Positions 55,389-64,000 of a stretch of DNA of 64,000 nt are shown piece after piece. A program made the translations under genes and the position numbers. This stretch comes from a virus. Lineage: Duplodnaviria; Caudoviricetes. The stretch is from IMG/VR virus record IMGVR_UViG_3300009420_000006, positions 1 through 64,000 of that record; one strand, given 5' to 3'. The stretch's first letter is position 1. Every line of letters starts with the position of its first letter. The notes beneath the pieces are model-generated. The model was not told the origin of the DNA. It made no database searches and saw only the letters and a list, made by a program, of their open reading frames with translations.

Positions 55389-58300
55389 ATGTCAAAAGAA
55401 ATAAAGAAAGCACAAACAGGTATAACTCTACCACCTATGGCAACTGTTCCTAACAGTCCTTCAGGTAGACCTTTGTCTAGTGGGTATACACCACCAGGAC
55501 TTCCTGGCCCTATGCCTAATATAGCTACACGTCCTAACCTAGGAGTAGCTAGTTCTAATAGTAATAAACCTAGTGCTCTACAGTCTTTAATAAGAAATGC
55601 TGGAACTCCTGGAAATATAGGAAAGGGATCTAGAAACACAACAGCAGATGAGTACGAAGGATCTGATAGATATGATTATTTTCAACCAACATCAATGGGA
55701 GTTGATAATGAGAATCTAGCTGGACAGTATCAATCATTTGGAAGTAAAGCGGTGAACGGTGTGGGTAAAGGTCTTATCCTTACAGGTACAACATTCTTAC
55801 AAGGTACTGTAGGATTAGTAAATGGTGTATATCAAGCAGTCAATGATGGTAAGTTTTCGTCTTTCTATGATAATGAATTTAATAGAGGATTAGATGAAAT
55901 CAATAAGTGGTCTGAAGATGCTATGCCAAACTATTATACTACAGCAGAAAGTAATGCTAATTGGTATTCTCCTAAATATTGGAAAACCGGTAACTTTTTA
56001 TTTGATGGTGTAATTAAGAATCTTGGATTTGCAACTGGTGCTTATCTTACAGGTAATGCATACACTAGTGCGTTAAAAGCACTTCCAGGAACCTCTAGAT
56101 TATTTTCTATGGGTAAGGCAGCAGAAACTTTAGCTGCTACAGAAAAAGGATTAAGTGCAGCAAATAAAGGAGCTGGTGTATATGGTGAAGTGAAAGCTTT
56201 ATCAGATAGTTTCTTAACACAATATAACTTACTTAACCCAGCAGGAAGAGCTGTGGTAGCAGGATTATCTACAACTGGTGAAGCAGGAATTGAAGCTCTT
56301 CATAACAGTAATGAGTTTAGACAAGAACTTATAGATGAATTTAAAGCAGAGTTTGGAGTGATACCTTCAGGTGTTGCTATGGAAAATATAAACGCAGCTG
56401 TAGAAGGAGCAGGTAATTCTTCTTTCTATGCTAATGTAGGAATACTAGCTGCAAGTAACTATATTATGTTTCCACGTATTGCACGTTCTGGATACAAAGC
56501 AAGTAAACGAAACATTAATGGATTAGTAAGAGAGATAGATGATATTGCATATGAGGGAGGAAAGTATGCAGCAAAGACATCTAAGCTACATCCTATACTA
56601 CGTACTCTAAACAATATTAGACCTTACACATTTACTGTTTCAGAAGCAATAGAGGAAGTTTCACAGTATGGAACTAGTGTAGGAACACAAGATTATTATA
56701 ATAAGCAATATAATAACGAAGCAACTAGTTGGTTAACATCTATAGGTGTAGGTTTAACTAAAGGTGTCTTTAGTGATGAAGGTGCAAAGAATGCATTGAT
56801 TGGTGGATTGTCTGGTGGTATAATGACTGGGAGAGGTAGATATAGAAAAAACAAACAAAGAGCAGCAGATACAGCACAAGCTGTAGAGCTACTAAATGAT
56901 TTTCAACTCTCTGATTTTACAAAAGAAAGTATATATTCTAATAACAGAGCTGGTGTTTTAGGAGAAGAATTAGAACAAGCTGCTGAAAGAGGTGATGCTC
57001 TATCATATAAAAACTTAGAAAACCAATACATAATTAATTATCTTACTCCTAGAATAAAGTACGGTAGGTTTGATTTAGTTCTGCAAGATATAGCAGACAT
57101 GAAAAAGCTTGCTTCTACTGAACAAGGTTTTGCTCAATTACAAGCAGAAGGAAAGGTACAAGATGGAGATACTAAAGAGGCTTTTATTGCAAGATTAGAA
57201 AACTTCAAACAAACAGGTAAAGATGTACAGAGTCTGTACCAATCTTTAGAACTTAGATATGGAGGAATTACTGAAAAGGGACCTGATGGAAAACAATACC
57301 GTGTTTATGGTCCAGATGTAATAAACAAAATGATATATGCAGCTTCTACAATTGCAGATGCAGATAATCGTATACCTCAATTAACATCTGATATACAAGC
57401 AGCTGTTCCTACTTTAGATATACAACAAATATTACAAGATATACTACGTGGAGAAACTGAAAGTTTTAATAATGCTGTAGACACTATATCAAATCTAGAC
57501 GTACTGTCTGACATAAAAGATGAGTTAGGAGAAAAGCTAAATGATGCAGCTGCCCTAATTAAGATTAGAGAGCTAATGCTACAGGAGTATGAGCTTATAA
57601 AAACTAAACCTAAAAACTTTCAAGAGAAGCCATTAAGTCAACAAGATGGTGTTAAAACATACGAGGAACTATTAGAAGATGATGCCAATAGCTTTGTGGT
57701 TAAAACTAAGAAGGGAGAACAGTCATTACAAATAGGACAAGAGTATTTTGTAGGACAAGGTGTAAACTTTGAAGGGGAAACACCTCTTGGTGAACCAGTA
57801 GTAATAAGTAGTTTTGTTCCAGTAGGACAGAATGAAGATGGAACTATTCAGATCAAAGATCAGTCTGGTCAGGTAAGGGATATATCACCAGATGTTTTAT
57901 TAGATTATAATGTAGGTAGAAAATCTACATTAGTTAATAACAAGACAGCTAATTTCTATTACAGAAATAGAGATAAAATATTTCAATTTAACTTTGGTAA
58001 AAACTTTGGAGGTAAAAGACAAGGAAGACTTATGTATAATAATGGGAAACTGTTTTTTGTATATAAAGATTCTAATGGTACTATTCTTAAAAAAGAATTA
58101 GCTAATAAGTTTTTTGCACCACAGCCTGGATTTGATCAAGCAAGAATTACTCCAGTAGGGACAGTTACTGCTGAACAACAAGATGCTGCAAATCAGTTTC
58201 TTAGTCCAGAGGAGTTAGCAAAGAATGAACAAACTCTTCAGTCAAATAGAGAGAGTAGGCTTAAGATAATGAATGACTTAGGCGTAGAGTCTAAGAGAAG

Positions 58301-61300
58301 ATTAGAGGAGATAAATAAACAGTTAGAGAAGGACAGAAAGAAACTAGCTATCATTAAGAAAGATCTCGAGTCTATCTATACAATGAAAGAGGGAGGTTCT
58401 AGAATAAAACTAACATATTCTAAGGCACAAAAGAATTTTACTAGAGCTATAAATAACTATACTTCTATGCAGCAGGATACGCAAGATCGTATCACAGAGT
58501 TAGAAAGAGAACAAGAAGAGCTTGATTTAAACATTTCATACTTTGAAGCATTTGAAGTAGATCTATTAGACCTACCAGGAAACACTGGGGAGTTTTTAAA
58601 AGAATTAAAGGATCAACTATCTTTACTAGAACAAAATGGTAAAGCTGTAAACAACGAAATAAAAGCTAACAACAAATTACTAGACTCTATTACGAAAGCT
58701 GCTAAGAAAGCAGCTAAGCTACTTAAGAGTGCTTTAGAAACTACATATGTATATGATGAAGACTATGGTGATTACTTAAGAGACCTTTTAGAAAAAGCTG
58801 CTACTGGTGAAGACTTACTAACTACATGGCCTTTATTAAAACTAGAACTAGCTAACTTTAATCTTACTAATGATATACAGAAGGAAACTAATATTTCTGA
58901 GAGAGGTGTGTTTGATGCATTGGAAAGTCTTAAAGAATTAGAAGCTACATTAGAGAGCTTAAGAGGAGAGTATAAAGCTAAGAAAGCTATTGTAGATAGA
59001 TTCCAAAGAGTAATGGATGAGTATGCTGCAGAACAACAAGCTCAAGATAAGATTGCTAATGACACTAAGTTGATAGCAGACTTAAATCAAACTGCAAGTA
59101 CTAGTCCTGTAACAGATGCAGAACCAAAATCATTTGATCCTATTTCTAAAAAGTCTAATGTAATAGTACCAAGAGCTAGTATAGGTGAACCTACAGGTCC
59201 AATACAGGATCATCATGTTAGAGCTAATACGTTTGGAGTAAACTTAAATAAGTTTGCGAATAGAAAGAATATTCGTGCTGTATATGTAACACTTAAGACC
59301 CAAGATCAAAAGCTAGATGGTGTTGTACAAAGAATACTTGACAATGGTAGTCCAGAACTTATGGAAAAGTTTGGAGATTCTATTATTGTTATGGTGATGG
59401 TAGATACAGCTGGTAACTTAGTAGGAGTTGATGGTCAACCTATACCCAACACTAAGAATCAACTAGACAATGCTATCTATCAAACTATACCTGAAGCATC
59501 TCTTACAAACACTAAAGGTAGTCTGTTTAGAGTAGAGGATAGCGAAACAGCTGGAATTAAAAAACAGTTTGGTGTCTTTAGAAAAGGTATTCTAGACAGG
59601 ACTACGATAGATGCACCTTTTCAAATAGAAGCATCTTTTGGTGTACCTCAATATGAAAAAGACTCTAACGAAAATGATGTCTTAGGAACTACATCTGTAG
59701 TAGAAGCAGACTTAATTAGTGAAACGGATTTATCTAAAACTAATGTAATATTTATTCCTACGACTAACAAGAATATATTTAAAGGTACAGTTGCATACTC
59801 TCAACCTTTTGGTAGTGTGTTCTTAGATCTACCTAATGGATATGTTAAACTAAGAAATAGAAAACATACTACACAAGAAGCAGAAGCTATATATGATGCT
59901 TTATATGCAGTGTCTAAAGAGCTAGTAGATGAAGATAAAGGAGCAACTAGTGATGCGTCTGTAAGACTGTTTAACTTTTTACAAGGTGTAACTTACTGGG
60001 GTATACCAAAAGATGCTAATGGTAATACAAAAACAGCAGGACAAAACAGTGTATTCTTTAAAAGAGAAGTTACCGAATCAGTACAAGGATTAGATTTTAC
60101 TAGACTTATGTTAACGTTAGGAACCTCTGTAAATAATATACAATTTAACCCTGCGTCTATATCAAAGAATAAAGAATTTATTATTGAGACCTTAGGTCAA
60201 ATGTATAATAACATTGACAATTCTAAGCTACAAAATATAGATCAATCCTTTGAGCAAATAACAAAGGTACTTGATGATGGTACTGTAGAGTCAATAGTAT
60301 GGCCTAACTACCAAACTTATCTACTATCTAAGAATATACCAGGAGGAGGTACAAGACAGGACTTCCAACTTCCTTTACATACTACAATGAAACCTGTAGT
60401 AGAGGGTAGTGATGAAGTTAATAGAAAGGGTGTATACTTTGTAAATGAAGATAGTGCTGAAGATTTTATATCTGAAGTAGTGCCAACAAGAGTTGAAATT
60501 ATAAGAAAGAGTAAAGCACCAGCTACAGAACCGTTATTAGATTTTGCTGCACCAACACAACAAACTAGTGAGGTTAAAGTTGTAAACGAAGTGTATGATC
60601 CAATTACTGATGATGCATATTCATTAAACTTAAACTATAAAGGTCGTAAGTATGATATGGTTATAAGTAGAAATGGTGAAATAATAGATCCTTCTTATTA
60701 TAACTCAAAAACTTTAAAAGATGTAGATGTAGAACCTAGTTTTTTTAAATTTACTTCTCAAGATATTAAGAATATCTTTTTAGAAATAGAAGGATCAACA
60801 CCACAAACTAGTGAAGTTGAAGGTCTTAAGAGAAATTACGTAGATTTAAAAAATCCAATAACAGATTTTGAACCTGAAGTGCAGAAGTTATTTAATACTC
60901 CTAATCCTACAATAGAGCAGTATAATTCTGCAGTGAGTAATTATGAATTTGATCTTTCTGCAGATTTACCTACTGACTCTTTAAGAAAAAGTATTGAGTC
61001 TAAGTTACAAGATGTTAAAAATTCGTTTACTATAACTAGATCTACGCCACAAGCTGCTGAGGTTAAAGTTGTATTTGATAATAAAACAAACAATACATAT
61101 ACCAGTGCTGGAGGTAAAAAGATTTTGTTTAAAGTTTCTCCAAATACTAGTAATGAAAACTATATGGAAGAGGGGCAGATTTCGGTTATGATGAATGATG
61201 ACTTAAAACAATTACTTGCAGAAATATCCGAAGCATATCCAAATAAAGAGCAGGAGAAAAAAGAAAAAGAAAAGCTAAAGCTAAGTATAAAGTATGAAAT

Positions 61301-64000
61301 CCTTATTTCTATAGGAGCTGAGTTAGCTAGATTAAATGCACAAAATGCACAGACAGAAATATCTGTAACTCCGGAGATGTTAGCTAAGATTGAAGCTAAA
61401 AGAAAAGAAACAGGTAAACCTCCTGTAAGTGATTCAGTTAAGGAAGCATTAGAGCGTGGTAGGAACAACATGAACAATGAAGTTCTACGTAAAGTTGTTA
61501 CTGAGTCTATAGAGGGAATGAGTGAGGAGAACTGGAAAGAGGCAAGAGCATGGATGTCTAAGAATTTACCTGGTGTTAATTTCAATAAAGTTAAGAATAT
61601 AATAAAAACTAAAAATGGAAGAAAGGCATGGGGATTTTTTGAAAAGAATAGTATATATGTATATGAAAATGCAGAAGTAGGTACAGTTTATCATGAAGCA
61701 TTTGAAGCTGTCTTTGCACAATTCTTATCTCCACAAGAAAAGGAAAAACTATTTAATGAATTTACATCTCGCAAAGGAACTTTTGTAGACAGACCTACAG
61801 GAAGAACAGTAAAATATTCTCAAGCTACGAGAGATGAAATGAGAGAACAGTTAGCAGAAGACTTTAGAGATTATATACAAGACAAGAAAAAACCAGAAGG
61901 TGGTTTCTTTTCTAGATTATTTAAACAATTAAAGGATCTTATTGAAAAATGGTTTCTTAGTCCACAGTCACAAACTTATAGTAATGAATTGTTTGACAAG
62001 ATTGATGGAGGTGGCTTTGTGTCTTTGGATTACCTTCCTCTTTTACCTTTTGGGTTATTTAATTCTTATGATACTGTTGACTTTGCAACACCAGGAACTA
62101 GTGCTGTATTTAGAGTAGAAACAGGTCTTAGTGATGTGCAATCGCATGATACGATTGAGCACATGACATATCTTACATTAAAAAATATAATTGCAAATAA
62201 TGAAAGTTTATTCTCAGTACCAGAACTTAATCAAACAGAGTTATATAATAGATTAAAAGGTGAGGTGCTTGCTTCTGTAGGACAAGTAGCTCAAGAATAT
62301 AAAGACATTCGTCCTATGTTTGTAGATTCAACTGAAGATTTACAAGAAATAGATAATAAAATAGGTGAGACTGTAGACTTAATGCAAAAGATAGATGACT
62401 CATGGGTTGAGTTAACTAAAAAGCATAAAGAATATATACGATCTTTTGGAATTACTTTTGATGAAGCTGATCAATTACAAATAGAAGAAGATAAATCTAA
62501 CAAAGGGTATAATTCTGATGCTACAAAAATAGATAACTTTAAAAAGACTGGAGCAGCAGTAAGATTATTACTAGGTACTATTCCAATAGTTACAGTTAAT
62601 GAAAATGCAGATGTAAGATTTAGCCCTAGCACTATAAACGGTGTTAAGCTTCTTCCTATTACACAAACATATATTACTGTTTTAGAAAATGTTTCTAATG
62701 CTACTAGTATAGAGAACATGTTAGAGAAACTAAGGAATGTAGCTCTTAATGATCCTAACTACCTAGCTTTATATAAACGTCTTAGTGGAAGAAGTGCTAC
62801 TGAAGGTGCAGTTAGTCTTGATAATATTACTGAAAGACATCAGTTAACATTACTAGCAGCATTGTTTAAAACATTTAAGAAACAAGATCCTACTGTTAAA
62901 TTAGTAACTGTATTAGAGAATGGAGAAACTTTAGTAACTGATGCTAACTTATCTACAGCATCTCGTCAGATGTCTCAACAGTATTTAAACTCTATTGTTA
63001 CTACATCTAAAAAAGGTAGTGGAATATTTAAGCAAATAGGTGAAGTGTTTAACCCAGATAGTAGAAAACTAGCTAAGTATCCTTTAAATACTTTGCAGAA
63101 CATGTTTAATTTCTTAGGAGAATTAGGTATACCTTTTAATACAAAAGAGTATAATAACTTTGATCAAGGTCAAAGGGGCAGATTCAAATCAGCGGTTAAT
63201 GGAATAAAGAAAAGTATTGAACAATCAAAAAATATTAAATTCTTTTCTACTAAAACATTAAACTTTGCTGGACAGATATTAAATTTAGCTACATTAAAAG
63301 TTCTAGCCACTAACCCAGAAGCAAGCAGTACATTCTTTAATATAGAGGGTGAGAGAGTTCAAACTTATATTGGAACTAATGCTGCATCTGAAGTACATAA
63401 CTTTATGACATCTGTAGGAAATAAACAAGAACTAGGAGACACTCCTTATTCTTATTTATTAACTGATGTATTTGCACAAAACTCTACTATAATAGAAAGA
63501 GTATATGATGCAGAAGGTAACCTAAGAACAGATAAAGTAAATTTATTTAAGCCAGGTTATGCTGGAGGAATTCTTAATGGGCCAAAAGGTACTGCGAAGA
63601 AATCATCTCAGTTACAATTTGCTGATAGACTAAGACAAGAATTAAATCTAAACATAAATGGTCAATACTTAAACCTTGTTCCTGGAGATTCTTCTTTAGA
63701 ACATATGTTAGAAATGGGTAATCCTATTAATGAACAGGATCTAGTAGAAGGAAGTCCAAGGTTTAATACTGTGATGAGAGGTTATTTTATTTCTGAAGTA
63801 GAACTAGCTAGAGAAAAACGTGATATAGTTGAGATAGATAATAGACAAACATCTGATTTAAGATTCTTTAAAGAAATATTAGGAGAAGAATTACATGAAG
63901 AGATAAGACAAAATGTTTTAGATCCTGCTTTAACATCAGAACAAGTATATGAAATTAGTGTAAATAAAATTATAGATGCTACTTCTTCTTATATGCGAAG
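55389..64000 (+). CDS. giant virion protein (crAss virion RNA polymerase-region polyprotein), 3'-truncated, not in ORF track
   Basis: ATG 55389 (MSKEIKKAQTG...). The same frame is open wherever spot-checked, including the window end, giving about 2,870 codons. Zincin-like YHEAFE...EQLAEDF at ~61690-61870. No RNAP catalytic motif was seen inside the window. Confidence 0.8.
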   Translation, partial: MSKEIKKAQTGITLPPMATVPNSPSGRPLSSGYTPPGLPGPMPNIATRPNLGVASSNSNKPSALQSLIRNAGTPGNIGKGSRNTTADEYEGSDRYDYFQPTSMGVDNENLAGQYQSFGSKAVNGVGKGLILTGTTFLQGTVGLVNGVYQAVNDGKFSSFYDNEFNRGLDEINKWSEDAMPNYYTTAESNANWYSPKYWKTGNFLFDGVIKNLGFATGAYLTGNAYTSALKALPGTSRLFSMGKAAETLAATEKGLSAANKGAGVYGEVKALSDSFLTQYNLLNPAGRAVVAGLSTTGEAGIEALHNSNEFRQELIDEFKAEFGVIPSGVAMENINAAVEGAGNSSFYANVGILAASNYIMFPRIARSGYKASKRNINGLVREIDDIAYEGGKYAAKTSKLHPILRTLNNIRPYTFTVSEAIEEVSQYGTSVGTQDYYNKQYNNEATSWLTSIGVGLTKGVFSDEGAKNALIGGLSGGIMTGRGRYRKNKQRAADTAQAVELLNDFQLSDFTKESIYSNNRAGVLGEELEQAAERGDALSYKNLENQYIINYLTPRIKYGRFDLVLQDIADMKKLASTEQGFAQLQAEGKVQDGDTKEAFIARLENFKQTGKDVQSLYQSLELRYGGITEKGPDGKQYRVYGPDVINKMIYAASTIADADNRIPQLTSDIQAAVPTLDIQQILQDILRGETESFNNAVDTISNLDVLSDIKDELGEKLNDAAALIKIRELMLQEYELIKTKPKNFQEKPLSQQDGVKTYEELLEDDANSFVVKTKKGEQSLQIGQEYFVGQGVNFEGETPLGEPVVISSFVPVGQNEDGTIQIKDQSGQVRDISPDVLLDYNVGRKSTLVNNKTANFYYRNRDKIFQFNFGKNFGGKRQGRLMYNNGKLFFVYKDSNGTILKKELANKFFAPQPGFDQARITPVGTVTAEQQDAANQFLSPEELAKNEQTLQSNRESRLKIMNDLGVESKRRLEEINKQLEKDRKKLAIIKKDLESIYTMKEGGSRIKLTYSKAQKNFTRAINNYTSMQQDTQDRITELEREQEELDLNISYFEAFEVDLLDLPGNTGEFLKELKDQLSLLEQNGKAVNNEIKANNKLLDSITKAAKKAAKLLKSALETTYVYDEDYGDYLRDLLEKAATGEDLLTTWPLLKLELANFNLTNDIQKETNISERGVFDALESLKELEATLESLRGEYKAKKAIVDRFQRVMDEYAAEQQAQDKIANDTKLIADLNQTASTSPVTDAEPKSFDPISKKSNVIVPRASIGEPTGPIQDHHVRANTFGVNLNKFANRKNIRAVYVTLKTQDQKLDGVVQRILDNGSPELMEKFGDSIIVMVMVDTAGNLVGVDGQPIPNTKNQLDNAIYQTIPEASLTNTKGSLFRVEDSETAGIKKQFGVFRKGILDRTTIDAPFQIEASFGVPQYEKDSNENDVLGTTSVVEADLISETDLSKTNVIFIPTTNKNIFKGTVAYSQPFGSVFLDLPNGYVKLRNRKHTTQEAEAIYDALYAVSKELVDEDKGATSDASVRLFNFLQGVTYWGIPKDANGNTKTAGQNSVFFKREVTESVQGLDFTRLMLTLGTSVNNIQFNPASISKNKEFIIETLGQMYNNIDNSKLQNIDQSFEQITKVLDDGTVESIVWPNYQTYLLSKNIPGGGTRQDFQLPLHTTMKPVVEGSDEVNRKGVYFVNEDSAEDFISEVVPTRVEIIRKSKAPATEPLLDFAAPTQQTSEVKVVNEVYDPITDDAYSLNLNYKGRKYDMVISRNGEIIDPSYYNSKTLKDVDVEPSFFKFTSQDIKNIFLEIEGSTPQTSEVEGLKRNYVDLKNPITDFEPEVQKLFNTPNPTIEQYNSAVSNYEFDLSADLPTDSLRKSIESKLQDVKNSFTITRSTPQAAEVKVVFDNKTNNTYTSAGGKKILFKVSPNTSNENYMEEGQISVMMNDDLKQLLAEISEAYPNKEQEKKEKEKLKLSIKYEILISIGAELARLNAQNAQTEISVTPEMLAKIEAKRKETGKPPVSDSVKEALERGRNNMNNEVLRKVVTESIEGMSEENWKEARAWMSKNLPGVNFNKVKNIIKTKNGRKAWGFFEKNSIYVYENAEVGTVYHEAFEAVFAQFLSPQEKEKLFNEFTSRKGTFVDRPTGRTVKYSQATRDEMREQLAEDFRDYIQDKKKPEGGFFSRLFKQLKDLIEKWFLSPQSQTYSNELFDKIDGGGFVSLDYLPLLPFGLFNSYDTVDFATPGTSAVFRVETGLSDVQSHDTIEHMTYLTLKNIIANNESLFSVPELNQTELYNRLKGEVLASVGQVAQEYKDIRPMFVDSTEDLQEIDNKIGETVDLMQKIDDSWVELTKKHKEYIRSFGITFDEADQLQIEEDKSNKGYNSDATKIDNFKKTGAAVRLLLGTIPIVTVNENADVRFSPSTINGVKLLPITQTYITVLENVSNATSIENMLEKLRNVALNDPNYLALYKRLSGRSATEGAVSLDNITERHQLTLLAALFKTFKKQDPTVKLVTVLENGETLVTDANLSTASRQMSQQYLNSIVTTSKKGSGIFKQIGEVFNPDSRKLAKYPLNTLQNMFNFLGELGIPFNTKEYNNFDQGQRGRFKSAVNGIKKSIEQSKNIKFFSTKTLNFAGQILNLATLKVLATNPEASSTFFNIEGERVQTYIGTNAASEVHNFMTSVGNKQELGDTPYSYLLTDVFAQNSTIIERVYDAEGNLRTDKVNLFKPGYAGGILNGPKGTAKKSSQLQFADRLRQELNLNINGQYLNLVPGDSSLEHMLEMGNPINEQDLVEGSPRFNTVMRGYFISEVELAREKRDIVEIDNRQTSDLRFFKEILGEELHEEIRQNVLDPALTSEQVYEISVNKIIDATSSYMR
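60552..61073 (+). repeat. three dispersed direct repeats encoding (P/S)T(P/Q)Q(TS/AA)EV(K/E)
   Basis: Copies at 60552-60584, 60795-60821 and 61041-61073; periods 243 and 246 nt. Confidence 0.75.

Noticed and set aside
60552-61073. CRISPR array interpretation of the triple repeat
   Set aside because: Spacers exceed 200 nt, repeats are degenerate and in frame, and no cas genes were seen; reported as a protein cassette array instead.
1-64000. Stop-codon reassignment as seen in some gut crAss-like phages
   Set aside because: Long intact ORFs under the standard code; TAG and TGA both end genes at tight junctions.
1-64000. tRNA or rRNA genes
   Set aside because: No cloverleaf with T-loop consensus was noticed in the intergenic gaps by eye; tRNAscan-SE would be needed to exclude them formally.

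Overview
A 64-kb AT-rich segment of a crAss-like (Crassvirales-type) dsDNA phage in the standard genetic code. Repeated TTTG-N19-21-TAnnTTTG promoters point to a Bacteroidota host, possibly an aquatic flavobacterium (inference). Bases 1-9771 are a minus-strand arm with a DnaB-like helicase, a family B DNA polymerase, a 3D-domain protein and many small ORFs, several of them missing from the ORF track. After a G-rich strand switch (about 9770-10115), the plus strand carries the crAss-type structural block: TerL, portal, scaffold-like protein, MCP, gene 75/74/73-like, IHF-like, Ttub-like and Tstab/muzzle-like proteins. Cargo/ejection proteins follow, then a giant ORF of more than 2,800 aa that runs off the window end. 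Three modular systems stand out. (1) Cargo proteins are built as domain cassettes separated by a recurring (GG)xxPKAQxG junction, conserved up to 26/27 nt, and carry three HExxH modules plus an NlpC/P60-like domain. (2) Cys-rich putative virion proteins combine a shared ~75-aa N-terminal module and several reused domains through poly-Thr/Ser linkers. This set includes a Nal1-like serine protease and a split Tstab gene. (3) A triple TPQTSEVK repeat delimits ~81-aa cassettes inside the giant protein. All calls come from reading motifs and gene order; no database searches were run.
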